From Candidatus Helarchaeota ASGARD archaeon Hel_GB_B (GTDB lineage Archaea; Asgardarchaeota; Lokiarchaeia; Helarchaeales; HEL-GB-B), in NCBI GenBank assembly GCA_005191425.1, contig SUPR01000001.1:1-32000 (forward strand): 32,000 bases of DNA. Reading direction: 5' to 3'. Numbering within the stretch: position 1 is the stretch's first letter; each line of letters opens with the position of its first letter. This document shows, piece after piece, positions 9,381-17,615 of the stretch. The position numbers were made by a program, and so were the translations under genes. The notes beneath the pieces are model-generated. The model had not been told where the DNA came from, ran no database searches, and saw only the letters and a program-made list of their open reading frames with translations.

Positions 9381-10277
9381 ATGAAAATTAAAAAAGCAAT
9401 AATTCCAAGCGCTGGACTGGGGACTCGCTTATTACCTGCCACTTTTGCACAACCAAAAGAAATGTTGCCAGTGGGTAGAAAACCAACTATTCAATATGTA
9501 GTTGAGGAACTGGCAAATGCAGGTATTTCAGATATTTTAATTATAACCGGACGAAATAAACGCGCAATTGAAGACCATTTCGATATAGATTATACATTAC
9601 TTGAAAATCTTAAACAACATGGAAAAAATAAATTACTAGAACAAATGAGTTTTTTAGAAAAATTGAAAGTTAATATATTTATTACTCGACAATCAAAACC
9701 CACAGGACTTGCAGACGCCGTTCTTCTAGGAGAAGCATTTATCGAAAATGAACCATTTGCAGTCGCATTGGGAGACACGATTATAAAATCTTCTAAAAAG
9801 AATAATAACTATCTAAAAAGGTTATGCGAGTTCCACCTCAAAAAAAATTCTTATGGAACTATTGGAGTTGAACCAGTCAGCCTAGAACAAGTCTCAAAAT
9901 ACGGAATTATAGAAGGTAATCAAGATAATGAAGGAATTTACAAAGTATTAAACTTAATAGAAAAACCTTTACCTTCTGAAGCACCTAGTAATCTTGCTAT
10001 TAACGGTAGATATGTTTTTAATCCTGAAATTTTTGACTGTATTAAAAAAACAAAAATTGGAATTGGAAATGAACGACAATTGACGGATTCAATTCGAATT
10101 TTATTAGATTTAAAAAAGAATGATATTTGGGCTATCTGTATGAAAAAAGGAGAAAAACGATATGACATCGGAAATCCTCTAGATTATGCAAAAGCATTTA
10201 TAGAATTATGTCTGGACGACTCAGAAATTAAAGATGATTTAATAATTTTTCTTAAAAAATTCATAAAGAATTTATAA
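9381..10277 (+). CDS. galU: UTP--glucose-1-phosphate uridylyltransferase
   Basis: KAIIPSAGLGTRLLPATFAQPKEMLPVGRKPTIQYVVEE, GRNKRAIEDHFD, VEPVSLEQVSKYGI, IEKP...APSNLAINGRY, YDIGNPLDY. Confidence 0.9.
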   Translation: MKIKKAIIPSAGLGTRLLPATFAQPKEMLPVGRKPTIQYVVEELANAGISDILIITGRNKRAIEDHFDIDYTLLENLKQHGKNKLLEQMSFLEKLKVNIFITRQSKPTGLADAVLLGEAFIENEPFAVALGDTIIKSSKKNNNYLKRLCEFHLKKNSYGTIGVEPVSLEQVSKYGIIEGNQDNEGIYKVLNLIEKPLPSEAPSNLAINGRYVFNPEIFDCIKKTKIGIGNERQLTDSIRILLDLKKNDIWAICMKKGEKRYDIGNPLDYAKAFIELCLDDSEIKDDLIIFLKKFIKNL

Positions 10278-10290
10278 TTTCAAACTCATA

Positions 10291-11502
10291 ATGACTCAAA
10301 TCGTTTTAATTGGTCCACCGTTAATAAGCATACCACCTAAAAGTGGAGGTGCAATCGAAAAATATATTTTTGAATTGGGGACTTATCTATCAAAATTGAA
10401 CTTTAAAATTATCATCTTTACAATAAAAGACATAAATAATAATAAAGTAGAAGTTTTAAATGAAAATTTGAGGATAGTTAAGGTTAAAACTTTTCAAATA
10501 CCAATTTTAAGAGGTATAATCTATAATTTTAAAGTTTTTCTACGATTACTCCAATTAAAAGAAAAGAAAATTATATGGACTAATGGTATTTCTCAGATTT
10601 TAATTATTATGATTATTAAATTATTTTCTAAAAATATTGCAACCATATTTACAACGCATAATATAAGGCCATGGTTTAAGACGGGGACGCATTCAAAAGT
10701 TAGAGATATAATTGATCTGTTTTTAGGTATTCAATGTCTTAGATACTCGGATTTTATTATTACGCTTACAAATAGGATGAAAAATTACTTGAATAATAGA
10801 TTCTTAAAAGAAAATAAATTTGAAGTCATCCCAATAGGCATATCAAAAAACATCCTTAAAAAGTTCCCCTTAAAAAAATATCCCGAAGAACAAGCGAAAA
10901 AGCTTTTTCAAATTATTTATATCGGTCAAATTAATAAATTAAAAGGATTGGACATTCTTATTGAATCTATACATCAAATAAATAATAGAAACTTAAATTA
11001 TAAGTTATTTCTTAAGATAATTGGTCAACTTAGCAATGATATTGCTTCAGATATGCATAAAAAAAGAAAATATTTAACAAAAATTAGAAATTTAATAAAA
11101 AACCTTCAATTAAATAATTTTGTCGAATTTAAGGGAAAACTTGAGTCGAGTAAGGTTTTTAATGAGATTTATGATTCAGATTTGTATGTTTTACCGTCAA
11201 TGGGAGAAACTTTTAATTTAAGTGCATTAGAATCTCTTGCAATTGGTACTCCAATTGTAATTACAAATAGTACAGGAATCTCAGAATATCTTACACATGG
11301 AAAAAATTGCCAAATCATTTTAAAGAGAAATTCTATATCGATAACCAATGCAATTTATTCTCTCTTGAAAAATTTAAGTCTAACAAATCAAATTAAGATT
11401 AATTCAAGAAAAATAGTGTCTGAAAAATTTCTGTGGGACAATTTAATTAAAAAATATGAAAAATTTATACGAAATATATTAGAGAAACATAAAATGAAGT
11501 GA
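10291..11502 (+). CDS. Glycosyltransferase family 4 (GT-B)
   Basis: N-terminal PPKSGGAIEKYI; C-terminal YIGQINKLKGLDIL and DLYVLPSMGETFNLSALESLAIGTPIV. Confidence 0.9.
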   Translation: MTQIVLIGPPLISIPPKSGGAIEKYIFELGTYLSKLNFKIIIFTIKDINNNKVEVLNENLRIVKVKTFQIPILRGIIYNFKVFLRLLQLKEKKIIWTNGISQILIIMIIKLFSKNIATIFTTHNIRPWFKTGTHSKVRDIIDLFLGIQCLRYSDFIITLTNRMKNYLNNRFLKENKFEVIPIGISKNILKKFPLKKYPEEQAKKLFQIIYIGQINKLKGLDILIESIHQINNRNLNYKLFLKIIGQLSNDIASDMHKKRKYLTKIRNLIKNLQLNNFVEFKGKLESSKVFNEIYDSDLYVLPSMGETFNLSALESLAIGTPIVITNSTGISEYLTHGKNCQIILKRNSISITNAIYSLLKNLSLTNQIKINSRKIVSEKFLWDNLIKKYEKFIRNILEKHKMK

Positions 11503-11515
11503 AATTTAAATCTTA

Positions 11516-12544
11516 TTAATGCCATTCGGCACTGCATTGTAAACATCGGTGTTTTTTAGCATAAATTGGTCTTCCAGCTGCAATATATAAAATTCTACTC
11601 TTATCAATTTCCTCAACTACTCTCTTTGATCCGCATTTAGGACATCTCCAATGATCTTCTAGAGTAACATTTTCGGTAGCAGTAGTGTCTGGTGCATTAA
11701 CTGCGGGAGTTGCAACAGGACTGGATACAGATTTTTCGGCGGGTACACTTTCAATTAACTTTTGACCTTCTTGAAATGCAGACTGAGGTTGAGGCGCTTG
11801 AGTTCGAGTTTGTAATGATTGAATTTGATATTGCAAGCTAGATATTTCTTCATTTAATTTTGCAATTTGTTGGTCTTTTTCATTAATAACTGACTGTAAT
11901 TGAGCTATTTCAGAATCTTTTTGTGATATAATCTCTTGAGAACTACTAGCAGCCTGTAACTGAGCTTCTAACTCTTTAATTTTTTCTTCATTTTGGCGTA
12001 TCTCATTTAATAATTCATCATTGTCTTTCATTAGACTTATAATTTCATTTTCTTTTTCCTTAATTTTTGAGTCAAACTGAGCAGTATTCTGATTTATTTG
12101 CACCATTTGATCTCTTAAGGACTGTATCTCATTATCTTTTTCGGCTATTATTGAATCTTTTTCATTAATTATTTTATCTTTATTTGCAATTTCGGCTTTA
12201 ACTGTATTTACAGCTTCTTGAACATCATTTATTGCTTGTTTTAATTCCTTAATGTGATTATCTTTAGTGGTCAATTGTAATTTTAAATCACTTATTATCT
12301 TAGTATTTTCGTCATTAGTTTGTTCTAATTCTGCTAATTTATCACTTAATGTTTTTTCTTGGACTTTTAGCTGCTCTTCTAAATCCTTTATTTTTGAATT
12401 TGCTTCTTGATTTAAAATTTGAACCTTTTTTAATTCAGCTTCAAGCATAACAATTTTTTTCTTGCGGTCTAAAAGATATATACCTGAAACTTTATAAGAT
12501 TTCTCTGGCTTTTCTTGTATCTTTTCCCAATCTGGTTCTTCCAT
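11516..12544 (-). CDS. Long coiled-coil protein with C-terminal C4 Zn-ribbon (342 aa)
   Basis: About 220 aa of heptad-like E/K/Q-rich sequence (repeated IxEKDxEIxxL), an A/P/T-rich linker, then CPKC...CLQC at the extreme C-terminus. Confidence 0.85.
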   Translation of the reverse strand: MEEPDWEKIQEKPEKSYKVSGIYLLDRKKKIVMLEAELKKVQILNQEANSKIKDLEEQLKVQEKTLSDKLAELEQTNDENTKIISDLKLQLTTKDNHIKELKQAINDVQEAVNTVKAEIANKDKIINEKDSIIAEKDNEIQSLRDQMVQINQNTAQFDSKIKEKENEIISLMKDNDELLNEIRQNEEKIKELEAQLQAASSSQEIISQKDSEIAQLQSVINEKDQQIAKLNEEISSLQYQIQSLQTRTQAPQPQSAFQEGQKLIESVPAEKSVSSPVATPAVNAPDTTATENVTLEDHWRCPKCGSKRVVEEIDKSRILYIAAGRPIYAKKHRCLQCSAEWH

Positions 12545-12720
12545 TCATATCACCTAAATATAGACCTAAATAAAGGCAAAAATAAAAATCATGTCCTATT
12601 TTTCTAAAATTTATAATTTATAATAATTTTATTCATATTGTAATGATGTATTTTTCAAGTAATATTTATTTTATTGATATTTAATTATATTGAAAATTAT
12701 AATTTTACGAAATAATAAAA

Positions 12721-13632
12721 TTATTCAGTTTCTATATGGATCCACCCTTTTAGTTGATATTTGTTAATCACATCAAGTATCTCAGTTTCCGATTTCTTTG
12801 TTAATTCAGCAATTTGTTTAATAGAATGTTTCCCATCACAAAATTGAATAACTTGGCCCTCTTCAAATGAAAATTTTTTATCAATGTATTTTTCTAATAA
12901 AATGGGATAAAGCTCGATATCACCTTCATTTTCTTTTTCAGATATATCAGGAGTAGCACTGATATATGTTTTACCAATAATTTTACTTTTATATAATTCG
13001 TCTTCGGATATAGTAGTAATTATTTCAATCCAACCTTTGTCTTTATATGTATTTATTATTGATAAAATCTCTGCTTTTGGCAATTTTACTTGCTTAATTA
13101 TTTCGGCGATTGTTTTTTCACCATCGCATAATTTTAATACAAGCCCTTCGTTATATGCATATTTTTTATCTTTATATTGCTGCCTCAAAAGGGGGCACTG
13201 TATTTCTTCTAAACTTTTTGGAATTTCTCTTTTCTTTAACTTAATTATTTTATGAGCATTCTTTTCAATTTCTTCCATTTGAACAATGTTTTCAATATAC
13301 TCATTAATTTTAGGAGTATAATTCTTAACTATACCTTGAAACAGTAAAATATTTCCGCTTTGCCCCTTTTCTAAATAAATTGCAACTAATATATTTTCAG
13401 ATATCCGAAAAAAACCTAAAGGCGCAGAAATTGGTAGTGAATACTGCCCAATATTTATGTTCAAATTTTTATAAAAATCCTCGATTATATCTTTTTGTGC
13501 GTCTAATTGTTTATCATAGTAATAGTATTTACCATTTAAATCTAAAATTGCAAGATATGGTGTATCTGCAATAATTGATTTCATTTTTGTTTTTATTTCC
13601 TTGACCAAATTATCAAATGGATTGAAAGTCAT
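12721..13632 (-). CDS. Longin/roadblock/profilin-like N-terminal domain followed by two tandem winged-helix repeats
   Basis: N-terminal AILDLNGKYYY...GFFRISENILVAIYLEK. Two internal repeats: PLL..YKDKKYAYNEGLVLKLCDGEKTIAEI...YKDKGWI and PILLEKYIDKKFSFEEGQVIQFCDGKHSIKQI...YQLKGWI. ATG at 13632 with GAGGT upstream is preferred to TTG at 13638. Confidence 0.75.
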   Translation of the reverse strand: MTFNPFDNLVKEIKTKMKSIIADTPYLAILDLNGKYYYYDKQLDAQKDIIEDFYKNLNINIGQYSLPISAPLGFFRISENILVAIYLEKGQSGNILLFQGIVKNYTPKINEYIENIVQMEEIEKNAHKIIKLKKREIPKSLEEIQCPLLRQQYKDKKYAYNEGLVLKLCDGEKTIAEIIKQVKLPKAEILSIINTYKDKGWIEIITTISEDELYKSKIIGKTYISATPDISEKENEGDIELYPILLEKYIDKKFSFEEGQVIQFCDGKHSIKQIAELTKKSETEILDVINKYQLKGWIHIETE

Positions 13633-13659
13633 CTTCAATACCTCATTTTAAATTATTAT

Positions 13660-14862
13660 TCAATATAAATAAAGGTTTTCTACAATATTAATTGTTTTAT
13701 CAAATAATTTTTCTCTTGAATCTCCCAAAATCTGAATAGTTAATATTGGGTCACCCTTTTTTATTATTGTCCCTAATGATGGAATATCAAAAAATATTGG
13801 CTTTTTAAAACTTTTATTAACTTTAAAGTCATTTTTTGCATATGGTATAATCTTAATTCCATATTTATTTTTTGGGAATTGTGGGCGAATTATTTTCCCT
13901 TTACAAGAATCTATATGCAGTTTAACCATATTAAAACCAGATAATAACTCTAATAATTCCATTGTACCTGGGAACCGCGGATTTACCTCCATAAAATAAA
14001 TATTACCGCCATAAATTTTAAGATCAACTCCATTTATTCCACGTAATTTTAAAAATTTTAGCAAATCCTTGGTTGATTTTATTATTTTGTTTTTTATTTT
14101 ATTATCTAAATCAATTGGTATAATATTTCCACAATATGCAAAAGGAGTAGGTGCATTACATTGTTTTAATCCAATTAATTGCTCATTTATTGAAATTATA
14201 TGCACTTCTTCTTCATTATTTAAGGAAGTTATACTAATATCCTTGCCAGGGATATATTCTTGTACCACCATGTCCGCCTTTTTCTCATCTCCTAATAAAA
14301 ATTTCCAAGATGCATTAATATTTTCTTCACTATTTATTCTTAAAATTCCGCGTCCGCCTCCACTAGCCCATGAAGCACGCAACACAAGTGGATACCCATT
14401 TTCTTTACCAAAATCAATAATCTGACTTGGTTTATAAACAATTTTAGATTTTGGGACTTTTAGACCAAATTGCCCGACTTTTTTATTTAAATTGATACGA
14501 TCTCTTGCTCTTTTTATTTTTATCGGTTCATTACCTTCAACCCAGACCAATTTTGAAATATTTTGCCAAATATCATATCGATCGTCTAATCCACTACCAA
14601 TTAATGCCGTATTGATTTCTGGATGCTTTTCTATCATTTTCTTGGTTAAATAAAACAAAATATCACTAAATTGTACATTTTTACCCAAGATATTTTCTTT
14701 TTTATCTTCAAAATCACGTACTACTAAGATATCATTTGCTATTTTCCGGAGATCTTGGTCTCCCCAGTAATCTATTACATTTACTTTTAGCCCCAATGCC
14801 TTGGCAGATGCCGCAATCGGTCTTGAATTCACACCTATTACTAAAATTGATTCACTATTCAA
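13660..14862 (-). CDS. ATP-grasp carboligase (COG2232-like, associated with methanopterin/methanofuran C1 pathways)
   Basis: RPIAASAKALGLKVNVIDYWGDQDL, SGGGRGI, VQEYIPG, YCGNIIP, GINGVDL, EVNPRFPGT. Confidence 0.75.
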   Translation of the reverse strand: MNSESILVIGVNSRPIAASAKALGLKVNVIDYWGDQDLRKIANDILVVRDFEDKKENILGKNVQFSDILFYLTKKMIEKHPEINTALIGSGLDDRYDIWQNISKLVWVEGNEPIKIKRARDRINLNKKVGQFGLKVPKSKIVYKPSQIIDFGKENGYPLVLRASWASGGGRGILRINSEENINASWKFLLGDEKKADMVVQEYIPGKDISITSLNNEEEVHIISINEQLIGLKQCNAPTPFAYCGNIIPIDLDNKIKNKIIKSTKDLLKFLKLRGINGVDLKIYGGNIYFMEVNPRFPGTMELLELLSGFNMVKLHIDSCKGKIIRPQFPKNKYGIKIIPYAKNDFKVNKSFKKPIFFDIPSLGTIIKKGDPILTIQILGDSREKLFDKTINIVENLYLY

Positions 14863-14964
14863 ATTATATCAATCGAAAATTTAATTTAAATTAATTTTTA
14901 ATTCTTTATTTTTCAAAATACTTAAAATTATTTATTAAAAATTATTATCATTATTTTACTGGAA

Positions 14965-15753
14965 GTGAAAATTAAATTGAAAATCACTTTTCTTGGAACA
15001 ATTGGGTCCGCACTAAGTTCAACTTTAACATATTCTAGTATCCTTATAAATAATGACCTATTACTTGATTGCGGCGAAGGTACTACTCAAAAATTAATTT
15101 TACTTGACAAAATTGATACAATTAATACTATATGTATTACACACCTCCATAATGACCACTTTTTAGGAATATTCTCTCTATTATGGTATTATTGGATTAT
15201 TTCTCAAAGAACTAGACCATTAAAAATCATTGGGCCTCCACAGATAGATTACACGATTAGAACAATTTTAAAATTAATTAATACACCTTCAAATGCCTTA
15301 AAATTTGATTTGGACTTTATGGTCCTTAAAGATTCCAATAAATTTCAATTGGTCAATGTAAATGACTATATAATTACTGCTGCTAAAGTTGAACATATCC
15401 CAATTACTTTCGCGTATAAAGTTGAAGAAAAACTCTCAAATAAATCTCTTTGTTATACAGGTGATACAAGACCTGTTGAAAATATTATTAAATTGTCTTC
15501 AGGTTGTACATTATTAATTTGTGAAGCAACATTCCCGGACTCTTTAGCAGATTTCGCCCATAAATATTACCATTGCACACCATCAGATGCCGTAAAATTG
15601 GCAACTCAAGCTAATATAAGAAAACTTGCATTAACTCACATTTCAGCTGCATTCCATAATGAAAACATCTTGAAAAAAATTAAAGAACAATCTGAAAAGA
15701 AATTTATGAATGAAGTAATAATGGCAAAAGATTTGATGACATTAAACATTTAA
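14965..15753 (+). CDS. Metallo-beta-lactamase hydrolase, RNase Z/BN family
   Basis: TFLGT, LLDCGEG, THLHNDH (HxHxDH), YTGDTRP, CEATF, HCTP, LTHIS. No obvious flexible-arm exosite. Shares a TTAA stop overlap with the convergent UPF0147 gene. Confidence 0.8.
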   Translation: MKIKLKITFLGTIGSALSSTLTYSSILINNDLLLDCGEGTTQKLILLDKIDTINTICITHLHNDHFLGIFSLLWYYWIISQRTRPLKIIGPPQIDYTIRTILKLINTPSNALKFDLDFMVLKDSNKFQLVNVNDYIITAAKVEHIPITFAYKVEEKLSNKSLCYTGDTRPVENIIKLSSGCTLLICEATFPDSLADFAHKYYHCTPSDAVKLATQANIRKLALTHISAAFHNENILKKIKEQSEKKFMNEVIMAKDLMTLNI

Positions 15754-16067
15754 TCTTGAACTGTCTCTAATAACGATACAGTATTCCAAATTCTTGTTCT
15801 AGCATATAATGGACAATTTGGATCTTGTGAAATTTCGTCTAATATCGAAATAGCGTTTGATGCCTTATGAGCTGGTGTACCTTCACCTGATTTTAAAACA
15901 TTTATAGCTTCATCTGCTGCTCTACGTATATTTCTAGGTACCGAATTATCATTGCTTATTTGTGTTAATAATTGTATTATTTGTGCAATAATTTCTTCAG
16001 GGTCTTCTTCATCTTCATCCCATTCTTCTTCATCTTCATTCTCTTCTTCATCAGAATCCTGAGCCAT
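15750..16067 (-). CDS. UPF0147 family archaeal protein with acidic N-terminal extension
   Basis: DNSVPRNIRRAADEA, ASNAISILDEISQDPNCPLYARTRIW; N-terminal D/E-rich run. Confidence 0.9.
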   Translation of the reverse strand: MAQDSDEEENEDEEEWDEDEEDPEEIIAQIIQLLTQISNDNSVPRNIRRAADEAINVLKSGEGTPAHKASNAISILDEISQDPNCPLYARTRIWNTVSLLETVQD

Positions 16068-16403
16068 TTTTAATCACATCTCTTATGTTTTAAAATTTGG
16101 TTAAAATTAAGTTATTCTTTATTTTAATTTTATTTCCGTTTTTTTATTTGATTATTAAAAAAATATTTTTAATTATTGGTAAATAATTCAGTATTACTTT
16201 TAAAAATTTTTAAATTTATCTTTTTATTAATTTAAAACACATTTCTAAATTATATATTAATTAAATCTTTATTCTCCTCTAATTTTGCCCATAATTATAT
16301 TTCACCACGCCATTTATTCAAAGGTATTCTATTTATTATTATTATTTAAAATTGTTATTTAATCAAGTATTCCCAAGATAATATACAGATAATCTATGGA
16401 TTA

Positions 16404-16431
16404 ATGAAATATAATTTACCTTATATTTCAA
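16404..16431. other. dif-like tyrosine recombinase site: ATGAAATATAA-TTTACC-TTATATTTCAA
   Basis: Perfect 10-bp inverted arms (16405-16414 and 16421-16430) around a 6-bp asymmetric spacer, with the ATAA-N6-TTAT core of Xer/dif sites. It ends 28 bp before the start of the recombinase gene. Confidence 0.7.
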
Positions 16432-16459
16432 TAATAGCAATAATCCAAGCTGATTAAAA

Positions 16460-17515
16460 ATGATTGATACTTCAATGGTTTCATTAATCGATTCACCTGA
16501 AAATGAAAAAAAGCTGTCCAACAGTTCAATTAAACTAATTGACGAGTTCTTTGAATTTAATAGAAAACTTGGAAAGTCTGATTCATTGATTAGAAATTAT
16601 AGATATGATATTATGCATTTCGTTAATTCGTGTAATATTGAAAATATTGAAAATACGATTGTAGAAGATATTGAGGACTACATTGCAATTTTACGTGAAA
16701 GAAAGTGTTCAGGAGCTACTATTAACCGCAGATTGTGTGCTTTGAAAACTTTATTTAGATTTCTTAGACGTAAATACCACAGAACATTAAGACGTGAAAA
16801 ACGAAACCATAACAATCCTGATTTGCTAGACCAAATAAGATCATTAATTGAAGAATATGATGATATTTTAAATTTGGAATCTGTTCAATCTATTAAAAAA
16901 GAGAAATTACCATTCAATATGGAAGAAATAGCTGCAATGCTATCCGAAATTAAAAAGCCAGAAAATAACAGGTATTCAATGGAAGGAATTAGAAACTACC
17001 TAATAATAAAATTGAGCGCTGTTGGGACTGGTGCTAGAAACACAGCAATTAGACAACTTCTAATAAAAGACCTCTCTTGCTCAAAATGCGATGGAAATTG
17101 CGATAAATGCATCCCTACAATTAATATCCAAAGAAAAGGTAAAAAAGAATTCAATAGAACTAAAGTCAGGGTAAAAATTGAAAAAGAAACTTGTAAGGAA
17201 CTCAGAAATTACCTAAAAATGCTTAACTTTACTGATGTAAATCAACCTGTTTTCCTCTCTAGGAAAAAAAACTTTTTATCTATAGCTCAAATGAACCGAA
17301 TTTTACAGAAAGCAATGGAACTTGCAAATATAGACCCTAAGGGTAGAACATTTCACTCTCTTCGACATACCTTTATCACAGAATGTATTAAAAATGGGAC
17401 ACCTTGGGGACATATGATGATCCAAGTCGACCACAAAGCAAAACTGGGTATAACAGCAAAATATGAACACTTACAACCCGAAGACCTAATAATCAAGTTC
17501 CCTAAATTGCCTTGA
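16460..17515 (+). CDS. XerA/XerC-like tyrosine recombinase with a Cys-rich insertion
   Basis: N-terminal SAM-like domain (LIRNYRYDIMHF...SGATINRRLCALKTLFRFL). Catalytic R (TGARN), K (QRKGK), HxxR (HSLRH), H (VDH) and Y (TAKY) are all present. Confidence 0.9.
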   Translation: MIDTSMVSLIDSPENEKKLSNSSIKLIDEFFEFNRKLGKSDSLIRNYRYDIMHFVNSCNIENIENTIVEDIEDYIAILRERKCSGATINRRLCALKTLFRFLRRKYHRTLRREKRNHNNPDLLDQIRSLIEEYDDILNLESVQSIKKEKLPFNMEEIAAMLSEIKKPENNRYSMEGIRNYLIIKLSAVGTGARNTAIRQLLIKDLSCSKCDGNCDKCIPTINIQRKGKKEFNRTKVRVKIEKETCKELRNYLKMLNFTDVNQPVFLSRKKNFLSIAQMNRILQKAMELANIDPKGRTFHSLRHTFITECIKNGTPWGHMMIQVDHKAKLGITAKYEHLQPEDLIIKFPKLP

Positions 17516-17615
17516 TTATTTATACTTTTTAATTTTTCACTAAATTTTATCCTATTGAATTTTCCCCAATTTTTATAATTTTAGATTTTTATAATAAAAA
17601 CCTAATAAAATTAGA

